A DNA stretch of 64,000 nt from Potamilus streckersoni (GCA_016746295.1 JAEAOA010000900.1:2490807-2554806), one strand, 5' to 3'; shown: positions 14,140-27,812, numbered from the stretch's first letter. Translations and numbers: made by a program. Notes: generated by a model not told the origin, from the sequence alone.

Positions 14140-14730
14140 GTGGAGTGTGACCCCATGTTGACTGCGGATCAGCGGGAAGAAGTAGAGACGTTTCTTGTAG
14201 GGTATTCCAACGTGCTTACAGAAATACCCAGGAAAACATCACTTGTCGAGATCGGGTTGAAGCTGGTAGGTTCTGGACATTGTATTATTTGGGACACACC
14301 TCGAGTCAATGCATGCTGTCCTCAGAGAGGTTGAAGGTGGAGCAGATGTAAAACGGTGTACGCCCCACCACAAAAACTGAGAAAAGGTCATTCCTTGGAT
14401 TGGCCGGGTATTACAGGAGGTATGTGGCCAATTGCAGAGCCATTGTCTGACCTGTCCAGGAAACGGACTCCGAGTAAAGTGTTTTGGACGGGTGCGTGTG
14501 TCACCGGCCAAGGAGCAGTATTACTGCAAGAGCACCAGGGGACACTTTTCCCAGTCGCGCACGGCAGACGGAAACTGTCAGCTGCCAAGAATAACTACTC
14601 TATATAGAAGAGGGAATGCCTCAAAATCGTATTCGGAAAATCATGGTTCGAGCGGTACTTATACGGGTGGAGGATCATCTTGGAGAACGATGACTAACCC
14701 CTTGCCTATCTCACGCAGGCGAAATTGTTG
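14140..14730 (+). mobile_element. Second partial gypsy-like pol copy: pre-RT region joined directly to the RT-RNase H linker and RNase H, with RT apparently deleted
   Basis: 14140-14340 gives LTADQREEVETFLVGYSNVLTEIPRKTSLVEIGLKLVG...IIWDTPRVNACCPQRG (the segment normally just upstream of RT). 14356-14650 gives SLDWPGITGGMWPIAEPLSDLSRKRTPSKVFWTGACVTGQGAVLLQEHQGTLFPVAHGRRKLSAAKNNYSI, which matches the gypsy FLGLAGYYRRFI..FA.IA.PLT.L.RK motifs and TDAS..G.GAVLSQ...PVAY.SRKL..AE.NYS. Only about 15 bp separate the two segments where about 700 bp of RT would be expected. Confidence 0.6.
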
Positions 14731-15039
14731 AAAGGACTCTTGATGCGTTGGTCGCTGTTATTACAACAGTGTCAGATGCAGATCAGATACGTGAAAGGAA
14801 CCGAGACTGTAGGTGCCGTTTTTATGAGTAGAAGTGCTAAAATGGCGTAGATCGCGCAGTAAATAACCGTATGTTGTGCTTATGTTCGTGTCCGTAGTCA
14901 GCCTGTAGCACCGTTAGTATTTTGTCCTATTGTTATGCGTACTAACACATTTTTGCATTTGGAGCAACTATGGGGGAATAAAATCCCTATTTTATAAAAT
15001 AAGGATTTTATTCTCAAGCGTGAGGGATGGGGTGAGTGT

Positions 15040-15175
15040 GGGTGTCACGATCGCCGAGTCCAGGTGATCCAGAAATGTATAAACTTTGGTATTAATACCG
15101 CGTTTGATGGGTAAATATCGCCACAAGCAGTGTTAATCAATTATGCAAGTTACCAGCCACAAATACCTGACCCTG
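15040..15175 (+). repeat. Duplicate of the RNase H / integrase junction segment at 11200-11330
   Basis: gtcacgatcgccgagtccaggtgatccagaaatgtataaactttggtattaataccgcgtttgatgg...ttatgcaagttaccagccac is near-identical to 11200-11320. Similarity ends abruptly at about 15178. This is not an LTR, because it contains the start of integrase coding. Confidence 0.75.
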
Positions 15176-15179
15176 GCAT

Positions 15180-15358
15180 ATAGCCAAACTAGGGCAAACC
15201 ACAGGACAAAGTTCCAATTAAAGTCAGCATCGCCAAATTGTTACAAGTTTAGCTTCTTTCCATGCACAGTAGGGACTTGGTATAAATTACCAGCAATAAT
15301 TGCTGAAGCTCCATACTTGGTATCTCACAAGCAGAAGCTTTCCAAAATAACACTCTAA
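15180..15358 (+). mobile_element. Non-LTR retrotransposon ORF2 C-terminal-like fragment that truncates the gypsy-like copy
   Basis: The ORF ends ...SFFPCTVGTWYKLPAIIAEAPYLVSHKQKL, resembling the SFFPRTI..WN.LP......S...FK C-terminal motif of many metazoan LINE ORF2 proteins. Recalled from memory, not searched. Confidence 0.4.
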
Positions 15359-18282
15359 TGAACTTTTCAGCTACAAGTAAGACCTAGTGATTCTCAGGGC
15401 TATGCCAGTTGAGGTTTTATATCTCATCGCTGGTACAGTAGCCTGATTGGCCTGATTATGAAAGAAGGAAAACGTACACTGATACTCTTTTACTTATTTC
15501 TGCCTTTCCTGTCATTACACTTCTGACTGTCCTATCACTTCCAGCCTTACTTTATCTCTGACCATGCACCATCCGTTGCTTAATAGTTAAGTGTGACTTC
15601 ATCAACATATTTATAGACCTAGACATTCAGACAATAGAATAGCTGCTAGTAAAAGGCTTGTAGTCCTCACACTCAGGTGTTAAACATTGGTTCAGGGATA
15701 AAAAATAAGTCCGCAAGGTGAACAGGGCATGTTCTCACCCACCACATAGACTGACAAGCGAGAAGACATTGTCTGCCAAGTTTGATTGGGATAGTCCACA
15801 GCGACATCCAATCAGAGTTAAGCTTGAGGGTTGGATTAAATCTTATATTCGAAATATAGCTAAAACTTCAGAAAATTATCAGTAGAAGCCTAGACAGATC
15901 GCTGTGAAAATAGGATTACTCAGAGAAAAGCCACTTGTAATTTGGCAGGAATCTCAGGACCAGAATTGTGAGAGAAGGAAAAGCTTTAACAAGGTCAGTA
16001 AGCTTCTTGCATGATTTTTGCAAAACATTATGACGTCATAATTGTAATTATTGGTAGTATGCATACTTAATTACTGAAATTATTTTAGTGTGTAGAATTA
16101 CCTTGTAGTGCTTCATGTATACGCATATTTGAGACACAAATCCGAGTTTATGCAGAGAATTATGCAGATTGCCAACTCATCAGAGTTAATATTGTAATTT
16201 GCTGGTAGGTTACTTCATAGCAACCAGTATTCATCAAGTTTACACAGTTGAATTGGAGTTTTGGAAAATGATTTAATTATGTAAGATTAGTTACAATAGA
16301 TGCTTGAATATATCAGAACATGGATATGTGAATATTTGCATATCTGATATGAGTTGTCATGTAAATATATACGTCTGTTGGTTATTGGTGTAATGGAATT
16401 ATGAGTATGTACTGACATGAAGCAATTTATTGTTGCACATATGAGTTATTGATAATGTTCTTTATTATGTTGCGTTTTACCATACAAGAATGTATGAGTA
16501 TTTAGGCGTGAATGAATAAGTGACCAGTTAAACTTAGCTGATGGTAGGCTGTGTGTAGTGTGAGATGTGAGCGCTGACGAAAATATTGTACCAACCTTGT
16601 GTTTTCACAGGAAGCTTTTTGGGGTACAGAATTTCCGGTGCAAGTTTTGCAGTCCCATGTCTCTAAGAGGGAGGATAAAGTGAGATTGACAGTAAAGTCA
16701 TAGTCAACAACGTGTAGTCAACAGGAAATAGGGATAGAAGGGGAGGAGGAGGAAAGTGGTCTGGAAGAGGAAACAGAGGATGAGGAGAAGGAACATGGAA
16801 TGAGTCAGGTAGGATAAGAGGGAATTAGGAGAGAGGAATACACAGATGAGTAGAACACATGGACAGGTGAAATGGAAAACTCACCCTATGAATCAAGTGA
16901 TGTGATAGGCTAGAAAAGGGTAAAGTGGGAGAAGTGTATTTGGGAAATTTGAATTATCGACCATTTTATTATTAAATTGTTATTATTGAACTTCACCCGT
17001 TTTTTTATCTTTAATCATTTAACCATCATCATTGCTGACTGGGGGCTCGGAGCTTTACATCTTTCACTAAATCAACTTTCAAACCAAAATCGAGGCCTGG
17101 GTGAGACTGCTACAATAATTTAAATAAATATTGGAAGCACCCCACCCCCAATCCACTACAAAGAAAACCTCACAGTGGGGGCAACCTTGACATACAGTTT
17201 AATTTATCCTTTCTGCTTGTCAAAGCAGGAGTATAATGAACAAAGTTTAAGTATTAAACTTGCTTATGAGATTGTTTTCTTTTTCAGTTACCTTCAATAT
17301 TGGATACTAACTCTAAATGATGATTATGAGATGAAGTAAATTTTTATATAATTAAGGAAAGAATTCAAATTTATATGAAAGGACAGAGTTTTATGTATTC
17401 TGAAAGAGCATAAATGGTAAACTAATATAGACCAGACTTTTTCACAGATCTGTCAATTCTGGACTACTTTTGGTTCTATATTTCCTCGTAATATTATGTT
17501 AAGTTTTATCTATGCCAAACCTCAAACCATAATAATAAAAACTACAATCCCCAAGCCCCATGTAAATTCTGATCAAAAAACACCCACCCTTCTGCCAAAG
17601 AAAAGCATATGGCAACCTTTTCAAATTTAATTAAATTTGAGCTACTTAAAAGTGAATGCTTTGTTGATGAAATTTGCTGATAGGAGTACAGAAAGGAAGA
17701 AAATTGGAACTTTAAGGATTAACTGATTATGGTTGGGTATTTATCAATATGCAAATTGTTATATAATCATCAATGAGTAGCCAACCATGATCATTTAATG
17801 CCAAAATGCTTATCTCAGATATAAAAAAAAATTTCTTGAAAAACTGTGCACATTTTTATGTTTTTTATTTGTAACATTTACTGAGTCTTTGGATTTTTTC
17901 CATGGACTGGTACTACAATATTTTAATCTTGTTGTATGCAGTTCAATTTGCAATCTATTATCAATAGTATCAAATTGAAAATAGTGTACACTTGTATTAA
18001 GTTTTGTGAATATAGATTTTTTTCTAGGCAATTTAGTATTATGAAATTTATTTGACAATTCTTTTCCCATATCATAAATTTACTGTACTATTTTTAATGT
18101 GTCTTGATTATTGCTGGTGCTGGAAAATAAAGTTTTAAGTAAGGAAAACATCACTTACATTATCAGCACAAAACTCAAAAATTGGATGCCAATTTATTTT
18201 TAATAAACCAATGTGGTGGAACTAGTAACAGTTGGTGAACTTTTATTAAACAACAAACCTTATGTACTCAATTAAAAGATCA

Positions 18283-18470
18283 ATTACAAACAGTACAGAT
18301 CTGGATCTGCTGCTTTATAATGTACCAACAGATTTGAGTATATGCAGCTTATTACAAGTAATCTATATAAAAACAAAACAGATCCTTATCAGCCAACACA
18401 TTATGTAACAGCAGATCAAGGTCTATGTTGTTTGCATTTTGACTTATCTTATAAGCGAGTATATAAGATA
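18283..18470 (+). repeat. Copy of a ~190-bp dispersed non-autonomous repeat family (SINE/MITE-like) with a conserved 3' end acttacaag(t/c)gagtata
   Basis: It shares ...cagatc(t/a)gg...tgttgtttgcat...cttataagcgagtatataag with the copies at 43030, 51130, 52086 and 54290 and a fragment at 38880. Confidence 0.55.
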
Positions 18471-20984
18471 TCTCTAGTGCTTTTATTCCTATAGTGGTCA
18501 GTATACAAAGAAAAACTCACAACAAAACTAAAACACGTTAAGATAAAAAGAGTACAACAGTGCTGAGATATATTTTAACAGGCACAGTCAAAATATTACT
18601 GAAACAAAATAAAGTATCTAGAACAATGGTCCCATGTGGTTATGAAATCGCTCATATGGCTGACATGTATCTAACAGCCAAATGCAAGGGCAGCTTGGCA
18701 AGAAATCTAAGCCAGTGAGCTATAAAATGTTTGTTTTTTTTGTTTTTTTTGTAATAGCAGCTATATGGGATGGTAGCATGATCTGTGCAATCCATGATTT
18801 TTAGAAGAATTATCCATTTAAAGCCATTTTGCTTTTGCTTTAGAAAATTCTTCCACTTAAGTACTGCATGAATCGTCATCTGACATGCTCAATTCTGCGT
18901 CTGATTAAATAGAACACCAGAAAATGTCCGTGCCAGGATATTTTCTGTCAAATCGGGTTAAATTCAGATCAGATGGTTTAGTTTATTTTTGGTAATGGTA
19001 GCCATATTTGATGGGAGATCAGCATAATTTGTACAAAATTGAAAGGCCTTGATGCCAGTATGATCAGTGGAGCTTTTATTAAAAAAAGCTGAAAATAGCA
19101 ATTGCTGACAGATCCATGCAGGGACATACCATAAACTCATCTGACCTTAAAGCCAGGCAAGCCAAGACGTTACACATGAAGAAAATAGATTTGATCAATG
19201 ATGTTAAGTTCACACCAATGTGAAAAGTGAAAAATGAGGACACCTTTACCCTAAACATTGCAGGTGATACTTGACAAATGAATACCACCATAAACCCTAA
19301 ATGTCTTCTTCACTGGGGCATCAGATTAAAATCATAAAATCATGTCCTGTTTTTTAAAAAATTCTCAAAATTTTTCATGTAATTGAGAATTTAAATTATT
19401 CTGCTTATTTCTACTTTAGTCAATACCAAAATTTCTGTCAGCAGTAGAGAGAGTGGACAGGATACAAAACCACTTAATAGTTTAGGTTTATAGAGAACTT
19501 TTTAATCTTCAAACAGCTTTGAAGAAATCATAAAATTTTCCTCCGTGATAAGGCAAGACTCCTTCAATGAAAATTCAATACTGCATTACAGTATTTTAGT
19601 CTCTGATGCTAGCTGAATGTTCTCAGAAGAAAAAAAAAATCATTGTTAACAATCAAGAAAAGAGATAGATATTTCAAAGATCTCAATTTGAGGAAGAAAT
19701 AATTATGTTTAGTGAAATGGGGGCCAGATTATAACACTTTTTTGCCAACAATGTCAGGATCTAAAAGTCATACTTGAGGTCATGTCTGAAAATAAAGAGC
19801 ATACAAGTGCAAACATTTTCTAGAACATGAAAGATACATTTGAGTAAATGGTTAAAAGTTAAGACTGGTTGTTCCAGAAATGTTGGCACACACAAACCAT
19901 TTATGATAACTTGTCTTTCATGATCAAAAACTAATCACAATAATTATTTACCAAATACTCACAATTGGTATTTTTGTAAAACATGAAAAAATACATGTAC
20001 TCAAACAGCATATGCAGTTTCAATATCTAAGCATGGTTGATATAAACAAAAATAACACATGCTGACATTCAAATTTTAACAAGAAAAATGCAGTAAGGCA
20101 GTCAATATTATTCCACAACTCAGATATATTTTCAGCTAGGTGTAACTAAATATCATGTAATGTTATTGACTTTTTTTTAAAAAGTTCTGAAATATGATCT
20201 TATGCAGCAAATGGTAACAATATATTCAACTAAAAAGTTTAAAAGGAACGCTTAGATCCTAATGACGTCCAGTTCAGCTTCAGAAACTGCAGTTTCAAGC
20301 TCAATGGATGTTAACAACCTCTTGATGGATCTGTTAACTTTATATAATCTATGGCTTTTACAATTTAACATGGCAGCAGCAATCACATCTCTTGCCAAAT
20401 TGACATGATAGAAAATAATTGTACCAATTGCCTATCCTGTTTTTTTCCCAAGCACACTAAGAATCTGACTATTTCTTGTTATTCTGTGCTGATTGTTTTA
20501 ACTTTTTGTGAAGATGATTGTTTAATTTAAAAAAGTGAAACAATCTCATTCAATTGGCTTGAAAAAACCTGAAGCACACAAACCAAAAGACTGCATGAAA
20601 CTTGGATTTGAACTGGCTGGAAAATCTCTGAATAATAATAAGTGCTGCACTTATAAGCGGATATAACCTCTGATAGAATTTCTTGAGATCATCAAAGGAT
20701 GTACAAAATAGTGCAAGGATCTGACTTTTTATTACACATCACATATCCATACAACATAACCTCAATAAGCTAAACATAAAATATCACTTTTATTATATGC
20801 TTAACATGAAAACAATGTAAAGAAAAGGTAAGAATTTAGTTGTCAACATTTTCTTATAAAAAATACCTTTTTAACAAATAATGCAATATGTAGTAACACA
20901 AATACCATATATGTTACAATCTATTACTGCCATGTGGTTGTCTATATTGATAACTGGAATTTATATGCAGAAACCACTTTTCTT

Positions 20985-21375
20985 CTTACAGTTAAAGTGA
21001 CCTTGACTTCTGATCACAAAATTTATAGGCTTTTTCCTAGCCCCAAGTGAAATTCATCTGCAATGTTTTGTCCAGGTTTGTAATGTAGAATTATGAAATT
21101 ATGTGGAACTCACTTTTTCTATCAGTCAAAATGACCTTGATCTCAGATATTAAACTCCATAGGCTTCTTCCTTGCCCCACATACAAACCAACCATAAAGT
21201 TTGGTAACTGTAAATAGTGGAAAACTTGAGTTATTTGTGGAAGGTATTTCTGTTATTACAGCCAATGACCTTGATCTTTGAGCTTATGACTCCCAAAGGA
21301 TATTTCCTTTTCTGAAGTACACATCCACATTGTTTGGTAAACATACATCTTGGAGAGCTCTAGTTATTATGGAGA
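20985..21375. repeat. Tandem repeat of ~135 bp, 3 diverged units
   Basis: The unit core (a)gtgaccttga(c/t)ct...ataggctt(t/c)ttcct(a/t)gcccca recurs at about 20990, 21125 and 21258. Confidence 0.6.
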
Positions 21376-23138
21376 AACAAAATTAGTAAAAGACAAACAT
21401 ATGGACATCATAACAATATATATTCCATCTTAAGGCATATGTAAGAAGATTTATCCATGGCAGGCTTTAATGTTTGGAAGCTTAGGATAACATTAAGGAA
21501 AAACAACTTAGTTTTTGTTACTTCAAGAAGAAAGAATCTTTTTCTTTGTGGTTTTAATGGCACTTTTAACACAATTAGTCATATCTTGTTCAGGAATAAA
21601 AAAAAGTCTTGATAAATAAAATGTTATACTAAAAAGATAAAAAAACAAATCAAAATATCACAACTACATTCAAAACCAGACATAATGTTGGATAAAAACC
21701 AATAGAAGTGCATTTAAACAATGAATAATATTTTAGTGCATGAATATGAGAATATAATATTGCTTACAACAATAGATATGGAAAAGTATTTTCACAATGA
21801 TCTCAAGATAATTGGATTTGGTTTACATATATGAAAAAGACCTACTTTGTAAAAGTATAAATAATGAAATACACTTTACACTTTTAAACCAAATTGAACA
21901 TTTTCCATAACACAATTTGAAAAAAAAACAAACATTGGATGAATGAATTATGTTTAAATTGACAATTTATAAATCATGTCCAGATATATCATGTTTGGTA
22001 GAAACTGTGTCATCTCATTTAGTAAAGTTGTTAATATTACTATTAAAGTGATAAAGTTGGACTAATGAGAAACATTTGTAATTTTATCTGAAACATGACA
22101 GTGGAAAACATGAACTCTGTCCAAGTGAAAGAAATTGATATACTACCTAATATGATACAACTGATGGCCAATCTTTCAAGTCAAACAGGCCATAACTATA
22201 TTATAAAATTTTATTAGACAATTGTGAAAATATTAATCTGACCCAGGCCATCTTAATAATAAACCTTGTACCAAATTTGATTTCAATCCATAAAATCCTT
22301 CAAAATGGACATGATCGGATGTAACAGATAGGCATGAAAACACTACTACAAGGCCTCTCCACTGATATGATGTGGTACAATGAAAGAGACAACACTTGAA
22401 AATAATTTCTTTGCATAGACAAGGGCAAAACTGCTGATACCATGATTTAAAACCTTCTGAATCTTGTTAAGATGAACTTAACAAAAGGAAAGTTGCCATC
22501 TCATATAAACAGGGATTAACTATCACACACAGTTAATTATATCCTTGTGTCCAAACCTAACTTTTCATATTTTAATGTAAATAATAAGGAAAATGTGAGG
22601 AAGGAACCATTTATTAATACTTATTCTGTTATAATTTAAAATATGACAAATATGCTGATTCAATGTGTTAGGAAAAGTAATTACTTTTGCTACAATCATT
22701 ACGGGGTTAGTCAGCAACTCAAATCTTAAGACTATATCTTGGTCTATTCCTTATCACTTGGGAAATTAAAATGTTAATTTTAAACTATAAAGGTTTGTTT
22801 ACAAAATAACTGAAATAGAAAAATTGTAAATCTATGGAATATTAAGTTTACAAATTAATCTATTGATTGCTGGTGGATCCCTTATTCTTCTTTTGATTCT
22901 AAACAATTTATTATAAATGAGCAAAAGTTTTACCCCTAATTTTACAATAAAAAAAGAAAAAAGTAAGAATTGGACTTAAATTTATAACGACACCTCTTAA
23001 ACTCCAGTTACTGTTAAAGTATATTTTGGCTTCTATGACTGAAAATCAACTGATACTCCATGTCTTATGTTCTTTCCCTAATTATTCAATTTTTTTTTAT
23101 ATGTATGTAAAGACAGCATACTGGATTCATTTATTTGC

Positions 23139-23144
23139 AATTTG
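23139..23144 (-). promoter_or_regulatory. Candidate AATAAA polyadenylation signal of MVP, about 215 nt after the stop
   Basis: tttatt on the + strand at 23139-23144 is the first canonical hexamer downstream of the stop on the minus strand. Confidence 0.35.
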
Positions 23145-23357
23145 GATTAAGTTTTCTACAAAACAACAAAGTAACAACATCCCTTAAACAAAAAGCAATA
23201 TTGTGAAACATCTTAGTTTATCCAAGAAAATGTATATTTTCTAAAAAAATAAAAACAAAAATTAAAGAAAAATTTAACTACAGAAAATCTATCTGGATAC
23301 TCAGTGCATATTATATATATTGTAATGAGCATAATGTCCAATTTTGTTTAAGTCCAC

Positions 23358-23465
23358 TCACTGCACCTTTCCTACAAGTCCATTGGCAGTGTTAAACAGA
23401 TTGATTGGAGTTTTTCCATCTGTAATCAAAGTGCTCTCAATGCCTAAACTTGCAAGTAACTTCAT
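23358..23465 (-). CDS. MVP: MVP terminal coding exon encoding [35 protein letters not shown] followed by a stop
   Basis: Aligns to human [32 protein letters not shown]. Acceptor ttgttgcag|ATG, TGA stop at 23358-23360. Confidence 0.9.
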   Translation of the reverse strand: MKLLASLGIESTLITDGKTPINLFNTANGLVGKVQ

Positions 23466-24207
23466 CTGCAACAAAGAGAATATTCAAAGTTGTTAAGTTT
23501 ATTCCTTGAATTAAGAAAAAAGATTTAGGAAGGAAAATAAAAACAATTTCTGATGATCTTAACTTTGATCATTATTAATGCACAGAACAAATGTTTTACT
23601 TTCCTTCAGATTTGGCCACTCATAGATATAAATGAGTCAAATTTATTAAGCTGCATAAAATTTTTAGATTTTCTCCACAATATTTTCATCAAAAGCCTGC
23701 AATAAAATTTACGATCAGGGCAATATTCCTACTGTACTTTCAAAATAATGAAGTCTGAAATTCTGAGTCAAGTAAGTACTCAAAAGTTAATGCTGCATTA
23801 GCTGGAACAAATATCAAACAGTGAAATAATTTTGTGGCCATCCCAATGACTGGTGACAATATTCTAAACAAAGATACACCAGAAATATAATATATTAAAT
23901 ATTAAATTTGTGTTTCTAAAATATGTATTTCCACCATCCCCCTACATATTAGAAATGTTAACTGATCAAAGATACTCCACAACAGTGCTTGAAATAACCT
24001 AAATGTAAAGCCTAACCAAGGTGAGACAGATGTAGATTGACAGATAATTATAGAACTATATGACAGCCATTGTAGGCAAACAAATTGCCTAATACACTGA
24101 ATACAACTCTGAACATCTATAAATCCATTTTAATTTTACTATATTAAGAGGTTTGCTTCTTTGTCAACATCAGGTAAATAAATTTGATATTTTTTGACCA
24201 AAAGTAC

Positions 24208-24288
24208 CTGAGCTTCTGGGCCTGCTCTAGCCATTGCATCTATTGTCTTCACTCCCAGTGCTTTGACCATGTCACTGAACTTCTTCAC
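24208..24288 (-). CDS. MVP: MVP exon encoding VKKFSDMVKALGVKTIDAMARAGPEAQ
   Basis: Aligns to human VKKFKQM..AIGPSTI..A.AGPEMQ. Acceptor attacag|GTG, donor CAG|gtac. Confidence 0.88.
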
Positions 24289-24399
24289 CTGTAATATATA
24301 TCACACATCATGTGATGGTTTGTCATCTCCATGTAAATAGTTCAGTGAAATTAGGAACTGAAGGATGACTTAATTTGCATATTACATATAAGTTATGTA

Positions 24400-24900
24400 T
24401 GACAGGTACCAATTTTATTTAGGACATACTAACCATCATAAGAAGTCTACTGATGAAAACCCCATTTTGATATAGCCATACATTTGGAGAGTTGTATAGA
24501 TAACAATATTTTCAGCATGCGACTTCTATTCAAGACTAATAGCAGTAAAAAATTTTCAATATGGCTGCTGTGGTGACCCATATTAGACTTAAATCGGCAC
24601 CATTTTAATTTAAGACCAACTTGGCATCATAAGAAGTCTTCCAGTTAAAACCCCAGGTTCATATAACTTTTTATTCAAGCAGAGTTGTGACTACAATAGA
24701 TTTAAGATGGCCACATGGTGACCATAATGAATGTCAGATTGGCCATGTTTTCATTTAAGACCTGCTAGACATCACAAGAAGTCTTTTAGTGAAAATCCCA
24801 TGCTGATATGCCCATCCATTCAGGAGTAACAATAAAAAGATTTTCAAGATGGCTGTTGTAGTGGCCATATTGGTTGTCTGCAGCACCTTTTTCATTTATA
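24400..24900. repeat. Satellite array of ~145 bp, about 3.5 units, in the terminal MVP intron
   Basis: Repeated cores ...aagatggctgctgtggtgacccatattag..., ...aagatggccacatggtgaccataatg... and ...caagatggctgttgtagtggccatattgg... recur at about 145-bp spacing with shared cataagaagtct...gaaaa(c/t)cccat blocks. This is the same family as 49440-50330. Confidence 0.7.
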
Positions 24901-25640
24901 GTCTGAAAACACATTCCCATTGGTTTGTACCCCCCTACCTATTTCAATAACAGAAACATTTAATTTGATAAAAAGTGCAAGGAACAGGTCAATTCATTCA
25001 TTGATTTATATTTTCTAACCTGAATGTGAGAAGAATTGCCATAACACCATCATCACCTGCACATTTCATGCTTAATGGAAATTTTCAATGTAATAGACTG
25101 ACATGCTTGAGAACCATTTCCAGTTTCTGGACCAGTCCATTTTCAGCAAAGGGGTGCATGTGCAACTAAATATGTACATATGTCGTCTGCTTCCGATATT
25201 TACAGTGTTGAATCAAGCAAAGGAAAAGAATGACAAAAAAACTGCCTTTCACGTGGATTGAACAAGCAGATTCATAATATGTTCATGTGTGCAAAGGAAT
25301 ATAATTCCAAAGTCAATGTAATTGCAATTTACGGAATTATCCAGCAGTTACCTAATAGGATTAATTACGTCATTATGTTGTTGGATGTAAATAAACTACC
25401 TCGTAGTGTACAAAATATGGCGCTGTGTTAGTATGGAAAGTCTGTTAAGCATGAAAGGTGCAAGGAGCTGCAAGTACTAGTGCCATTCTGGTGACAGTCA
25501 GGTTAGAAATTATAAATCAGTGATTCAATTGACTTAGTTTTGTGCACTTTTTATCACATTAAACGTTTTAGTTATTGAAATCGGTAGGGGGGGTACACAC
25601 CAACGGGGATGTATTTTCGGACTATAGGAAAAACTAGACC
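24880..25640. mobile_element. MITE-like non-autonomous element with ~65-70 bp terminal inverted repeats flanking ~630 bp
   Basis: 24888-24955 (atagtctgaaaacacattcccattggtttgtacccccctacctatttcaataacagaaacattt) is the near-perfect reverse complement of 25563-25630 (aaacgttttagttattgaaatcggtagggggggtacacaccaacggggatgtattttcggactat). No long ORF lies inside. Confidence 0.6.
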
Positions 25641-26689
25641 ATGTGATGAATGTGTATGTAAAGTTTCAAGGCAATCCTGTAAGTAGTTTAGGAAGTGTAG
25701 CTTTAAACCTGTTCTGAAGGATGGATGATTAAAGGACAACAAACTATTTCGGAAGTTGTTTGGGTCTATGACCAAAAGAGATTAAAAAAAAAAAAAAATC
25801 TTGTGCAAACAGATGTCTTGTTGGATGGATGCAACTTGTTTGGTTGGCTGGTATGATGTACTTGATAACAAGCATTCACAAAACTGATTATTGCCATTGA
25901 AATCATGCTAAAATTTTAACAAATAATGAATGCAAACATTCCTGTCACTTGTTTTTGACTTCTGATTTGGACTGTCGGTAATAATCTAAATGTGTGTCAT
26001 CCCATCTCTAACCGCAAGCCCTCAAGACAAGGAGCAGACTTGCTCGATCCAGTACTCAACATTAATAGTAGTCTAAAACTGTGGTTCCCAATCAGTGGGA
26101 AGCCTCCCCACCCCAAAGTTGTGGGATTATTCCTAAGTAGCTGAAAAGTACAGTAGCAGTAGGAGGAGGGGTGTGCCAAATGTTCTGACATTAAGAAGGG
26201 TCCTCAAACTCAAAAAGGCTGATATGCAAACAAATACATTTTTCCTCAAAAAATGTCAAGTCTGAGAAAAGTCAAGTTAAAAACCCATATAACATAAGTA
26301 GTTTTCCTACTGACTAAAATTTTACCTTCAAATATGTGAGGAAAGAATGAGGAATACCTATTCTTATCATTGCCAATGTCTCTGTAAAATGCATTTTGCT
26401 CTTTATAAATATGGGACATGTACCACTTGTCCCTTTACATGGTAATCAAAGTCATAGCACATACTAATAAGACTTTAATTGTTAACTGTATGTTTGCATA
26501 AATGTTTCTAACCTTTCATCTCTCTTATTACTGTCACTTTTCTTTATCAACCTTGCCATTTCATTCACCACTGTTATTATCACAAAATATGTTAGATTTT
26601 TGAAGAATTAAATATAAAATTGAAAGTGTAAAGATTCTGTACATCTCTAGCCAATCTTAAGAGTTAGTTATTTCTGCATGGCTAGATTT

Positions 26690-27165
26690 TTAACATGCTT
26701 AATGCTAGACAAGAGTCAGCCATGTAAACATGACAAACTTGATTGTTGTGTTTCTGTACATCCCGAACCAATCCTAAAAGAGGTAGGTGTGTCTACATCG
26801 CTAGTTGTACAGTCATGCTGGTTTCCAATATGACTAACACTAGGCAAGAGTCAGCCATGTAAACATGAAAACTTGATTGTTGTGTTTCTAACCAATCCCT
26901 AACCATTGCTAAAAGAGGTAGGTATGTCTGCATCACTAGTTGTACAGTCATGCTGGTTTCCAATATGACTAACATTAGGCAAGAGTCAGCCATGTAAACA
27001 TGATTAACTCTATTGGAATATTAGAGCTTGATAACATATAGTCTTATTTTGAAAATTATAATAGAAACATAAAAACAAATAGTCTTATTTTGAAAATTAT
27101 AATAGAAACATAAAAACAAATAGTCTTATTTTGAAAATTATAATAGAAACATAAAAACTTCTGAA
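26690..27165. repeat. Two adjacent tandem repeats: ~125 bp x 2.5 (26690-27000), then 46 bp x 3 (27030-27165)
   Basis: gcaagagtcagccatgtaaacatg...ctagttgtacagtcatgctggtttccaatatgactaaca recurs. aaacataaaaacaaatagtcttattttgaaaattataatag occurs three times in tandem. Confidence 0.8.
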
Positions 27166-27285
27166 AAATAAGAATGCTAACATATTATATTTGACATAAG
27201 GCTAATTTCAAATGAGAAACTCCAAGAAAATAATCCCAAAATGTCACTCCAATATGAAAAACATTAATGTTAGATTAATATCTAC

Positions 27286-27366
27286 CTCGATATCTGCCAT
27301 TTTTTTGGTTTTGGCAATTTCCAAAAAGTTCAAGTTTTTTTGGTAGTCGATCTCACTTCTTCTGAG
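27286..27366 (-). CDS. MVP: MVP exon encoding LRRSEIDYQKNLNFLEIAKTKKMADIE
   Basis: Aligns to human [28 protein letters not shown] (same length of 27 codons). Acceptor tatttcag|CTC, donor GAG|gtagat. Confidence 0.75.
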
Positions 27367-27812
27367 CTGAAATAAAGGAAATTAGATAACTAATCATAAC
27401 AATGTCAATATGATGCATAACTGCTAACATTTCAGGATAGTCCACAGAAAGATGAAAGTAAAAACTAATGATGGTCTCACAATATTCTATTGTATTTGTG
27501 TTTAATGTGCACACAATTACACCAGTAACAAATAATAGAAATATGGCCCACATTATAAACAGTAAAGATCCATGCTTCAGCTACCAACAGCATAGATCCA
27601 GGCCACAGTTACAACCAGCACAGATCCAGGGTTTGGATATAGAACACATATTCCAAAGCCCCAGTTACAAACAGCAATGATCAAAACTCTAGATACCAAC
27701 AAAACATATACCTTCTCCACTTAAAAAAAGCACAGATCTGGGCACCAGTTACATAAACCTGTGATCCAGGCCCCAGTTATAAATATCACAGATCCTGTTT
27801 CAAACATTCTTT

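Noticed and set aside
11200-15160. ~120-bp direct repeats 3.8 kb apart that look like LTRs of an LTR retrotransposon
   Set aside because: The repeated segment includes the start of integrase coding, and pol fragments on either side are out of order for an LTR-pol-LTR structure. It is interpreted as duplicated internal pol sequence.
16690-16870. GA-rich purine tract (ggaggaggaggaaag...gaggaga) that produces Glu/Gly-rich pseudo-ORFs
   Set aside because: It is low-complexity sequence without splice-site or codon-usage support.
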